NCBI GenBank assembly: GCA_009103225.1
Contig: RHPI01003369.1
Location: 249,964-313,963, forward strand
Source: Chlorokybus atmophyticus
Lineage: Eukaryota; Plantae; Mesostigma and Chlorokybus algae
Direction of reading: 5' to 3'
Length of the DNA: 64,000 nucleotides
The number at the start of each line of letters is the position of its first letter. Within the stretch, counting starts at the first letter, position 1. Position numbers and translations under genes: made by a program. The notes beneath the pieces were generated by a model. The model searched no databases. It was given only the letters and a program-made list of their open reading frames with translations, and was not told where the DNA came from. Positions 40,125 to 51,492 of the stretch are shown here, one piece after another.

Positions 40125-43100
40125 GGTACAGCGCTAGGTCGCGAAATAGGAGTCTTAGTTGACTCAGGATCAACCAAGAATTTGATCGATCGTCGCTTAG
40201 TCCGAAGCATGAAGGTAGAAACCACTTCGGACTTGTATGCGGACATAAGCGGTGTTAATTTACCGAATTTGGGCCAAGTTGAAGTGAAAGTCCAACTAGG
40301 CGATTACACCGAAAAGATCGTATGCCAAGTTATCAAAATGCAAATACAGAATTTGCAATTGGTACTTGGTACCGATTGGTTATGTCAAACCAAATCGGTA
40401 ATGGATTTTGAGAAAAGAACTTGTCGAGTTATAAAGGGTGAACATGTATTCACTCTACCCTTTTCTCAGAAAATAAGAACTCCGAAGATGAGGATTCACG
40501 ATTACTTAGTAGCGCAAAGTAACCTGGCGCGAGTAATTGCAATGGTGAGTTACCAAGAAGAATCATCCCCGGAGTTAGAAGGAGAGGTATTGATACATCC
40601 ATTACCTCCAGTGGTACAAAGGAATAAAGATCTTTTCATAGATACACTTCCTATGTTGCCACCGGAAAGAGAGATTTGGCATACTATTCCATTAAAGGAT
40701 GAGACGCCTCCCCCGACGCGACCACTCTATAGGTTAAGTCCTATAGAATTCGCGGAGATGGAAAAGAACCTAAGTGGGTTATTGGAAAAGGGATTAATAG
40801 AGCCAAGTACTTCACCGTATGCGGCACCTATTCTCTTCGTTCCAAAGCCACATGGTCGAGGGCTACGCATGTGCGTAGATTATCGTTCGTTAAACACGAA
40901 GACGATACAAAACAAGTACCCTATTCCCCGAATTGACGACATGTTCGATCAATTGAGGAAGGCAAACGTTTTTAGTGCCCTTGATCTAACAGCGGGGTAT
41001 CATCAGATTCGGATAACACCAGAGGATGTTCCCAAAACTAGTTTCAGAACACCAAAAGGGCATTATCAGTATAAGGTTTTGCCTTTCGGCTTAACAAATG
41101 CCCCCGCTACATTCCAAGCGGTTATGAACCGCATATTAGCACCATTTATCAATAAGTTTGTACTAGTATATCTAGATGATATATTGGTCAATAGTGATAA
41201 TGAAGAAGAACATGAGTATCATCTTCAGTTGGTGTTTGAAACCTTGAGAAGGCACAAATTATTTGCGTGCCTTGAAAAATGCCAATTCTTTAAGAGAGAG
41301 GTCCTTTGCTTGGGACATATTATCGGTAATGGTTCGGTAAAAGCCGACCCCGCGAAAGTCGAGATAGTTCGTAATTGGTCAAGACCAAACAACGCGACTC
41401 AGTTGAGGCGTTTCTTGGGACTTACGGGCTTCTTTCGCCGATATATGGTGGGCTACTCAACCATGGCTTCTCCATTACACAAGTTATTATGTGATGGTGC
41501 CAAGTGGAATTGGGATGAAAATTGTGAATTGGCGTTTCAAAGGATTAAGCAATCTTTGTTACAAGCGCCAGTATTAACTCTACCGGACTTCAAAAAGCCA
41601 TTTGAAGTTATTACCGACGCCAGTATAGTAGGTACTGGTGCAGTATTACTCCAAGAAGGGAGACCGGTGGCGTTTGATTCACATAAGTTTACTGATGCGG
41701 AAAGAAACTATACTACTACCGAGCAAGAATTATTAGCAGTAATTCATGCACTTACACGGTGGCGGTGTTACTTGGAAGGGGTAAAGTTTATGGTCATTAT
41801 CGATCATAACCCTCTCATATATCTTCCGCAACAACCCAACTTCTCAAGACGGCAAGCTAGATGGGTTGAATTTCTATCGCAATTCGACTTTCAATGGCAA
41901 TATAGACCAGGCCGAATGAATGTGGCAGACCCTATAAGTAGGGGACCCCACTTAGTCGCGGTGACCTTTACGAGAAGGTCTAATATTTGGTCAGTTCCTT
42001 TGGAAGAGAAGATAAAGGAGCTAGACCAAAACGATGAATGGTTCGCGAAATTGGAAAAGGGTACCCTACTTCATGAAAATGAATTATGGTATAAAGACAA
42101 CGCAGTAGTTGTACCTAATGACGCCGAGTTAAGGCGCGCATGTCTTTCCGAATTACATGACCCGCCTTATCGCGGGCATTTTGGCGAAAAGAAAACCGTT
42201 CAGTTAGCAAAGAGGACCTTTTGGTGGCCTACTGTTTCAAAAGATGTAGAAAATTATGTGGCAACTTGTCATAATTGCCAGAGAAACAAATCTTCACATA
42301 AACAAAAGGCCGGCCCTTTAGTTCCTTTGCAAATTCCAGAAGAACCTTGGTCTTCAGTTGGCATAGATATGATTGAGGGAATGCCAGAAACCAAGAACGG
42401 TTATAATACAATAGTTGTATTTATCGACCGGTTTACCAAGATGGTACACATGGCACCTAGTTCCAAGGATACCGGTGCAAAAGAGTTACAACAAATCTTC
42501 TTAAGGGAAGTGTTTAGGCTACATGGTTGGCCTAAGGAGGTTGTAACCGATAGAGACATTCGATTCACTGCGCCGTATTGGAAACAATTTTGTAAATCAA
42601 CAGGCATTACTCAGTGTATGTCTACAGCTTACCACCCACAAACGGATGGTCAAACAGAGCGCATGAATTAAATAGTAGAACAATGCTTAAGGCAGTATGC
42701 CTTTGGAATTCTTAATTAGTGGGATCAGTATTTAAGCATTGTGGAGTTTGCAATAAACAACTCCTATCAAAGGTCGGTGAAGAATACACCGTTCTTTTTG
42801 AATTATGGGAAACATCCCAAGACTCCCCTAGAAAACTTCACGAGGAGAAAGACTCCAGTGTTGGCGGTTGAACAATTTGCGGCCGAAATGCATGAGGTTT
42901 GGCAAAATACCAAGACCTTTTTGCAACAAGCCCAAAACCGTAAAAAGGCTTACGCCGATAGAAGCCGCCGTGAAGTAGTGTTCAGCATTGGGCAATTTGT
43001 TTTGCTCAGTACGAAAAACGTAAGGCTTAAGAAATGGCGTGACCAGAAAAAGTTGTGGCCGCGATGGCTAGGACCGATGCAAGTCCTTAAGCGAATTGGG

Positions 43101-43412
43101 GAAGTCGCTTATCAACTTAAACTTCCAGAGAAATGGAAAATACATGATGTGTTCCATGTATCTCTCTTGAAGGAATATAGAACGGATGGTCGAAGACAAC
43201 CACCGCCAATTCCCGAAGTAGAAGGGCAAATTGGGTACGAGATAGAAGCGATCTTAGCTCGCTGTCCCCGGGGCCAACAACGCGTTCCCGAGTATCTCGT
43301 TAAATTGAAGGGATTGAGTGCAGAGCACAACACTCGAGTATCAGAGAGGTTTCTCCAAAGTCATTATCATGATTTACTTGATCAATTCGTGCGCACGATT
43401 AACCAAGTATAG
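40125..43412 (+). pseudogene. Inner element pol: protease, RT, RNase H, integrase, chromodomain; in-frame stops at 42669 (TAA) and 42717 (TAG)
   Basis: VLVDSGS; LRMCVDYRSLN; YLDD; ITDASIVG; HDPPYRGH; CHNCQ; VTDRDIRF; YHPQTDGQTERMN; PRWLGPM; HDVFHVSLLK; YEIEAIL...EYLVKLKG. Confidence 0.93.
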
Positions 43413-43593
43413 GGAGAAATAATACAGCCAAGGTGTCCCTTTGATCTAGAAAATACCCCGAAACTAAGCTAAGCTTGTTCCAGTAGGCTACCCGAAAAGA
43501 GGTATGCCGTCTTAGGGCCTGATCAACTCTAAGTCTTGCGGCTATCAACTAAGTGAGTTTGATGAGGACGTCAAAGGAACAAGTGGGGAGGTA

Positions 43594-44648
43594 TGTGGTA
43601 CTTGGCTGACGTGACAGCTTAATGGCTACGACCTTAATTAAAAGACCTTGAAATCCATTGACCGTTAAGGTTAATGCGACGAAATCTAGCTACCGTCATG
43701 GACTGAGAGTACTTGCAATCTAATGGATTAAAAAGGGTATCTTAACAATGCGTTAAGACCACGGAATCCATTGACCATTAAATATTAAGGTAATGGCGTT
43801 AAAGTGACATACGCCAATGCAATGAGCAGAGAAGGCAGGAATAGATGAAGTACCATAAAGGTACCTCTCTATCGGAGTTACGACAATGGTAGGTACCATT
43901 GGGAACTCCGACCTTGTACAAACCCCGAGGACAGGGATTGTCGAACTATGTCGTAAATCAACATAGGGATTTCCGCACTACTAGTTCACTCCTGTATAGG
44001 AAGGTTGAACGAAAGTAATGTCGGCCTAGGTTGAGAGTTATGAACATAGGAGAATAGTATTATGGGTCGAACTTCGGAATAGATTTCCGATGTTCGCCCA
44101 AAAGCGTTGGCACTTCGGAATAACAGTTTCCGAGGGTCCGATCGGGCGTAATGAACTAACAAAGGCACAGGAACCCCGGAGTATAAAAAGGGGCAGTGCC
44201 AAGTAGTCGGCATTCGGTTGTCTTCAGTGGGTGACCAGCGGAGCTCTACTGGAGTGAAGGCTGGTACTAAGGGTTAGAGTTCTTGGGTGATCGGAGAGAG
44301 GCCATTCAAGGGAACGCCGTATCAAAGCCTTTCCAGGTACTGAGTGGATCACACTTTATACCAAGATGGTATACTTGTGATTCCCTTGGTTACAACTCAG
44401 TTGTTGTAAGAAAGCTAATTGGGTAGTAACCCTTTTATCTAAGATCAGTTGTTCACATGTCTCAAGATGGGAACCGTGAAGGGTTGCATGTTAGTGTTGC
44501 ATATTTGCAAGGCACCCGCGACTGATGGAATCAGTTCACAAGGCTGATTAGTGCACTGAACTAAATAGTTCACGTTGACAGTTCACTTGAGTTAATTAAC
44601 AAGTGAATCAACTGTTAGTTCACTGAATGAGATAATCAGAGCCTCACA
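43594..44648 (+). repeat. 3' LTR of the inner element
   Basis: Direct repeat of 37331-38371, preceded by a PPT. Confidence 0.95.
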
Positions 44649-44992
44649 TTTGTGGCAGCGGCAGTACCGGTGAGCCGGAGAGAGACCACGCGGCACTTGT
44701 CAGTGTCCTCCCATCCGTGGTACTCGGCGTACTGGCTGACCTCCGCGAGCCAGTGCCGTACTTCATTCGTGCGGTCGCCTGAAAACTTTTCAGGCCGCGC
44801 CCGCCTGTCACGTCCCCCCTGAGCCGCGGACTGCGCGGCGGCGACCTCTTTCGTGGCAGACAGCTGCTCCAGCCTGAGCACGATACGGTCAAGTACGGTG
44901 GCCACGACGGCGGACGAGGAGTCTGCTACTGTCGTCCCGCCGGCTGCGGCAGCAGCGTCCGTAGCGGCTGCTGTAGCACGCGTCGGTGCCAT
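44649..44992 (-). pseudogene. Outer element gag N-terminal part, cut by the inner element
   Basis: MAPTRAT...RPEKFSGDRTNEVRHWLAEV...LRLTGTAAA. Confidence 0.85.
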
Positions 44993-45134
44993 GAGTCAAC
45001 GTGGTCGGCGTTAAAAGAATAACGTTTGCCCGAAAATAAGCTGATGCCGGTGCCGAAAAGATGTAATTGAACAGAATGTGTTTTAATAAGGGGCGGTGAA
45101 TGATAAATTGACACTCAATCCGCGTCTCCATCAA

Positions 45135-45437
45135 TATAATGTCGGTAGTCACAATAACGGCGGCATAGCAACATGCATATAGCAAGGGTACACTGAGCGG
45201 TATAGTAAGGCAGACTGAATTAAGAATGAGAAAGGTGCCCGCATAAATAGGGCACAACTGTGGCATGTTGCTAATGCGTCTGTATGTGAAAGAGATAAGA
45301 AAAGGAATGCATGCTGTTGGCTAATGCAATATCTATTATGCATTCTAATGAGGCGCGTGGCCTCGCTGTCTGACTAAGAGCATGTCGATAATAATGCGGC
45401 GCTAATAAGACCATGTGAATAAGCATGCGCCGCTACA
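45135..45437 (-). repeat. 5' LTR of the outer element (303 bp; terminal CA mutated to TA)
   Basis: Direct repeat of 32007-32306. The adjacent minus-strand TGATGGAGACGCGG resembles a tRNA-Ala-type PBS (inference). Confidence 0.93.
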
Positions 45438-45695
45438 CACCTACGAGCGCTTTGATCCAGCTCGTACGACTCTTGCACCTCGAGCCAACTTTGGAATGAA
45501 AAGGCCAATCGGAGCGCAGAACAGAAAGCCCGCCCAATTTCAATGTTGTTTCAAGTTGAAGGCAACCAATAAATTCAGTCCGTTGCTCGTTGTTCTGAAC
45601 ATTTCGTTCAGTTTGTAGCTTTGTTGCCGAGTGCGGTGTTGCTTGCTGTTGTCATCAGCGTGGTGGTTGTCTGTAAGTGAGTAGCTGCTGCTGTC

Positions 45696-46273
45696 ATGGC
45701 GCCCCCTGCCGCCGCCAAGAAGGCGGAGAAGAAGCCGGCGGAGAAGAAGCCAGCCGCCTCGAAGAGCAGCAAGGATGGCAAGAAGAAAAAGGTTAAGAAG
45801 GTGCGTATTTCTTGGTGCTGCCACTGCCGTTGCCCTTGACGTTGTCCTAAACATTGTCTGGCTTGCTTACAGAGCGTTGAGACGTACAAGATCTACATCT
45901 ACAAGGTGCTGAAGCAGGTGCACCCTGACACGGGCATCAGCAGCAAGGCCATGAGCATTATGAACAGTTTCATCAACGACATTTTCGAGAAAATTGCCAC
46001 TGAAGCCTCCCGCCTCGCCCGCTACAACAAGAAGCCCACCATCACCTCCAGGTCAGTCCTACACCTATCTCACTGACTCATTCAGCAGTTCGTGTAACTG
46101 CAGTCGGTTGCGGTTGCTGTATGGTGTTGCTGTGATGTTGTTGTCGTTGTAATGCTTGTTGTGTCAACTGCAGGGAGGTGCAGACAGCTGTGCGACTCAT
46201 TCTGCCTGGCGAACTGGCGAAGCACGCTGTGTCTGAGGGCACAAAGGCAGTGACCAAGTTCACTTCTTCCTAG
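45696..46273 (+). CDS. H2B: Histone H2B, 3 exons (45696-45800, 45873-46051, 46174-46273)
   Basis: [42 protein letters not shown]...[36 protein letters not shown]. Several CCAAT boxes upstream. Confidence 0.98.
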
Positions 46274-46411
46274 AGAGGAGGACAGGAAGGCTTGGCTGGC
46301 CATTCAGCACTTGGCCTTTTCCAATAAAGCTGAAGGAGGGCCATCCTTCCTTATGCGCGATTGACTTGCTGCTGGGCAATGCGGTAACAATATCCCCTGC
46401 CCACATGTAAA

Positions 46412-46431
46412 TGGTGTTTTATTAAACACCA
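46412..46431 (+). promoter_or_regulatory. Histone 3' stem-loop-like element
   Basis: TGGTGTTT-TATT-AAACACCA, flanked by AAA upstream and CCC downstream, about 140 nt after the H2B stop. TGTAA lies at 46406-46410. Confidence 0.6.
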
Positions 46432-47680
46432 CCCTTACGCCTGGAAAGCCTGTCAGCTCTACTACTCTTCAAGTATATTATGCTGAGGCTCTTGAAGTGT
46501 TGTACGTGTATTGTCAGTGCAGTTGTAGTGAGCTTGAGCCTGGTGAGTAAGTCAAGATTCGTTGTAAGTGCAGAGATGTTCTCGACTCGCGTGCAATGTA
46601 AATACGCTAGCAGGAACGGACACAAATGTAGAACTGAGGTGGGCCTGTTCAGGCCCTTAGGCAGCATAAGCATTTTGACAAACAGATTCTTTTTCGAAGA
46701 CTTGAACAAACCACAGAAACCATCACGCTGTCAGGACTCACTCACCTAAATCGCATGCAGCAACTTGTACCGAAAGCATAGGGTACACGAGCATATACAA
46801 CAATTACTGAGTAACGACCACACATTGCCTATGCGCGGAGTTTCCGCCAGCTTGTACTCACATGATACAAGTTTACAGTGTACTTAAGCCTTGCAAGCTG
46901 ATCTACTGAGCAGCTGGGCAAACCTTTTTCATACAGTACAACATGACATGGCCTGAGCCGGTAAAGAGACGCAATCTGTGCGGCACCTACTCGCACCTGC
47001 TTTGACAATCCAATTGTTACTGCCCCACTGAACTTTTGCCTGCCAGATGCCATGCTTTGGCCAGCTGATCAGAATGAGCCATATGATGATACCATGGATA
47101 TCACATGCATGCCCGTAGGCAAAGAAAATAGCAAGACAAGAACAACAAGACAAGTGACTGCCTCGCTGCATGCACAGGGCACCTGCAGATTACATGACGC
47201 ACAGTGAACAATGCAAGTCGCTGCTTGACAACAGCCCCAAATGGCAGGGACTTAGCACAGGCTATCAAAAACAAGAACAGGGTCTCTTTCCTAACTGTCC
47301 ACCCACATCATGTAGCCCCAACGCAGCGGAGACTTCTATCGCAGCCCTGCACAAGCATACTCGGCTGAGTGCATGTTGCAAACCGGCTTGATTCCAGAGC
47401 ACAAATAATCACAGTGAACTCACTCTACTCAACTACGTGCACATGCAATACTGCCTGGTGTTGCTGTGAGTGCATGTGTACGAGGAACTTGTGCTCTGAG
47501 TGGCTCTGATGTGCAAGAGTGCGACACAATGCTATAGCCGTAAGAGACAAATGAGGATCACCTTTGTGAGAAAGGGGGTTTTCTATGGTGCAGCAAAGCA
47601 CCTTCCGCTGCATGGCGAATGGCAGGATAGACTTATTGCAGGTCTCCTAAGCTACCAAACCCACGCTGGTTGGCCGGAGA

Positions 47681-50600
47681 CTATTCCTCCAAGCTGAAGC
47701 CCGAGGCCTCAACTTGCAAAGCCAGCTGAAGCGAGGCTTTCAGAATGTCCTTGGAGGGGTACGTCGGCAGATCAATCTTGTTGAAACATGTGTGAGAGCG
47801 CGGCAACTGCAACCCCACTAAACCAAGCGTCCCATTGCCATTGCTGACACTTTGGCGAGGAGGAGGCTGCTCAGCAGAAAAAGGGATCACACGAGGAACT
47901 TTTGTTAAAGACTGCTATGAGTTTTGACAACTGGCACACAAATTGAGCTTGACTTACCGGCTTGGCGGTGTACTCGACCGATTGCAATGCGAACTTGCAC
48001 GGATCCCCTCGCCGGCCCTGCAAGCCCGAGAACCCTTCAACTGGAACAACACTACTCGAAGTGGAGAACTGAAGTAGCTTGGCGCGCTCGTCGCCGGACA
48101 TCTCGCGTACGACTTCCCAGAACCACTGCACCACCTGATGCTTAGGAGAATACGCACCGCCATACCGAGTGTTGGCCTGTTGACAAGCAAAGTGAGAATG
48201 ATCTGTCGCAGATCTTGCGCATACACAACAGAGATGACTAATGGCCGTACCTGCCAGTCTTCAACGTCAATGTCTGGGAGCCCACACATCAACAACTCCA
48301 GTTCCTGGCAGTCAAACACCACCATCTGCTCCAAAGGCACCACTTCCCAAAAGCCTTTCAGAAATGCCTGCGAGAAGGATTAGTTGAAGCAGGCTGGACT
48401 GCACGAGTTTACCAGCACACACACATGGAGCACGCGAAGCACACACCTCCAACTGGTCCTTAATGCAGTCCTTGGTGCGCCACTGAACGTACAACTTAAT
48501 ATAGTCCTCTTTGTTCTCGTCAGTAACATCTATACTGCTCCCGCCTGGTTTCAACTCAATCTCGCGCAGCGCACCATATTGGTCCTGACACACAATCCAC
48601 GTATCAACCTCACTGACAAAGCAGCACTAAGCTGATGCCCATGCATAGAGTAACTCATACTCACAACACAATTTAGTTGATACATTGACTAACCAATAAT
48701 AGCTAACAGGTCTGGTAATCAGTACTTACCTCTTTCACTGTGAACGTTTCAAAGAACACACCCTCAATCGGATTGTCCCGCATAAAACACAAGCTGTTGT
48801 ATTTTTCGTCATCCACCGACTCCATGTCTTCCAACGTGATTTCCGCCTGACAATTCCAATGACCCAAATGCTAATTTGTTGATTGCTATGCTTGCATTCA
48901 CAAACAGTAACAACAACTACCTGTAGCAGATGCTTGTACAGAATGCGGGATAAATGAGCATTCAAAACCTGCATGCACCAGCAAAAGGAAGTGGTAAGCA
49001 TTGCAAGGAGCATAGTACGCCAGAACAAGCCGCACATACAAAGACCAGCACGACAAGCCTGACATCACGAGGCTGCTGTACCTGCACACCACACTTCTGT
49101 AGATCAATGCACACACCCAGACAAATACCTGGCCATCGAAAAGCGCCTTTCCAAGGAATCTCCCAACAAAGAAAAACCACCGCAAGTGGTCTTCATTGTT
49201 GATGCCCGACAGCTCGTCAATGTCATAGCACAGATTGTGGCTATCACTAAACTTGAACAACCCATAATCGCGGCTGAATATGCCCTCAGTCACCAGCGTA
49301 AACCACTCTCGAGACACACCACCAGCATCACTGAACAAAACTGTTTCGCCTGCCATTGCAATTCGGAAATCACTGCGCAAGTCTGGTGGCTTCAGTGCTG
49401 TCATCTGCACGGCCACAAAACCACCAAGCTTACGACACAATGCTGCCTTGTGGGCTAGATTCGCAAGCACAGCAACACGAACATACCGCTTGAAACGAAT
49501 CTGAGAGTAAGAACTGGCGTCTGGGCTTCAAATCAACGTGCCGTTCTGCCCAAAGTGCTCGTAACCTTTCCATCTGCTGCCGGAACCTGCAGTAGATGGC
49601 ACCAGCATGAGGTAACTGGTGACAATACACTCAACAATGGTCATAACAGTGGCCATTGCCGCAGATAATAGGGTTTGAGGGGTAACGAATCCTTGCTGTT
49701 GACTGCCCACACTGCCCACACATACCAGATACGCTTGTCATCAGGAGCCATGGCTGCAATCTCGCTCTGGTCTAGTCCAGCAAAACGAACCGTAGCGTCT
49801 ATGTCCTCCTTGCGGACGAAGTAGATGTGGCCAGAAGAGTCTGCGCGCCGCACCCACTCTACACCGGGTGCAAGGGAGGCACGCACAGCCGCCTCCAATG
49901 CTGCGTCTTGTGAGGCTACACCTGCATTGTGTGCATGAGTACTGTTGCTACTGAATGCACAGCAGTAACCTTAAACTGACTGATGAACGGCTGTCAGTAT
50001 GCACACAAGCAAGTAACGGGCCATGCAACTAAACATGCAATAGCACCCGCACAACGTCATAACACCTGCATACTTAAACCCCGAGCACTCGGCAATGACA
50101 GCGCCCATGCAGCACGCCCTAGCAACCATACCAGTTGCATCCTGTAATGCCGAGTCTCGCACCCACTGTACACCCCGGCCTCTGCCGCCTGGAACCACGG
50201 CATGTGCTCGCACCCACTTGATTCCCTGAAGAGCGCATTTACCCAATCAATACTGCAACTGAAACTTGGACAGTGATACTCAGGGTGTCAAGAATTACAT
50301 TAAGACTAGCGGTATGGATGCCGCCAGCACACCAGCAACCAGACAAGTACAGGCAAGCATTGCACATCAACCGCATGAAGTACTTGCCCCTGATCAGAGC
50401 GAACTACAGCTTACTTCTGAACTGACTTGCCTGTCGATTCTGTAGACTTAGATAGAACGACTCTTGTCGGTTGAAGTTGGTCACAGGCCTGCGCATGTTC
50501 TGCGAGGCTGCTCGATCTGCTGCGGGGTCTGGTGCGTCCCAGTGAGTGGTGCGTGTGTTATGATCCACATAGTACACTCGCCCGGTCCTGGGATCCAACC

Positions 50601-51492
50601 GTCTTTCCCAACCTGCATTTTAGTATGGTTGGCTGCTATCCCAGTTAAGACCAAGCGCAGTAAAAGGATTCGCAACGAGTGCGATGCGTACCTGGCGGCA
50701 AAGGGGTATCTTCAAACGGCGGAGGCGCCCAATGTGTTGTGCGTGTGGCATGATCGACATAATAGATGCGTCCAGATCTGGGGTCAATGCGCCGTTCCCA
50801 GCGCATGCCCATGCGCTGCCCCGGCCCTGTTGGAGCTGTCCCTACACCCTGCCAAATCATCACGTGTCAAGTGCAGGATAACCATTGCAGTTTCATGGTG
50901 TTAACTAGCCATTTGAAGGCAGAGGCAGAGAGGAGTGCCTGCTGATTGCTACCTGCAGTGGCGCTGGAGGCACTTGCAGCTGTACAGATGACAGCTCTGG
51001 TAATTGCATTGCTGCAGACGAGGCAGGAGCAGCCGATGCTTGTGCACTGGTGGGCAATTCCCATTGTGTCGTTCGGGTTCTGCTCATGGCAGTCACATAG
51101 CGCAATGTCAGAACGTGTGCTTCATCAGCCAGACGCAGCGCATCTTCGGAATCATAGCAAACAGCAAGCTCCACCTGTGATCCACGTAATAGGGCCGACT
51201 GGAGCGTTGATCGACACGCCTTTCCCAACCAGGTGGCAATCCAGAGGAAGTCTATGGCAATGGCACGGTCAGCTGTGACATACACATGCCGATAGCATTC
51301 CTTGCCAGCAAGGTTCACAACACTGACCGGTTGAGCTGCTGGCCCATTGCCAGATTGTGATACTGCGGCACCCGTGGTTGCTGTAGTTAATACCGGAACT
51401 GATACCCGCTGCTGCGCTTGCGGTCGTGGCTGCTGCTGTGCTTGTTGTGTGACGGCCGCCGGACCTGTGCTGGGTGAAAGGCAGTTGCCCAT
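47681..51492 (-). CDS. WW-domain HECT E3 ubiquitin ligase (NEDD4-like architecture, no C2 domain seen), multi-exon
   Basis: Start [10 protein letters not shown]1 [21 protein letters not shown]|RTRTTQW; WW2 [24 protein letters not shown]; WW3 [33 protein letters not shown]...[12 protein letters not shown]...[17 protein letters not shown] at 47681. Confidence 0.92.

Larger units (their letters stand above)
37331..44648 (+). mobile_element. Inner Ty3/gypsy chromovirus-type LTR retrotransposon, inserted antisense into the outer gag
   Basis: LTRs at 37331-38371 and 43594-44648 (TG...CA; about 15 substitutions plus 3 indels by eye). PBS TGGTATCGGAGCC at 38374. PPT AAGTGGGGAGG. gag, PR, RT (YLDD), RH, INT and a chromodomain-like tail. 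Confidence 0.95.
32007..45437 (-). mobile_element. Outer Ty3/gypsy LTR retrotransposon, degenerate, hosting two nested elements
   Basis: LTRs at 32007-32306 and 45135-45437 differ by only a few changes. 4 bp TSD CACC (32003-32006 / 45438-45441). PPT AAAGGGAGGGG next to the left LTR. Domain order gag-PR-RT-RH-INT on the minus strand. Confidence 0.93.

Noticed and set aside
39705-46273. Alternative genetic code (TAA/TAG = Gln, as in some ulvophytes), suggested by the TAR-only stops in pol
   Set aside because: H2B ends KFTSS-TAG and the HECT ligase ends GFSLEE-TAG exactly where the proteins should end. I found no in-frame TAR in conserved host exons, and C-to-T changes between the LTRs explain the stops.
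46422-47620. Short ORFs between H2B and the HECT gene
   Set aside because: No coding signature or motifs; more likely overlapping 3' UTR/intergenic DNA.
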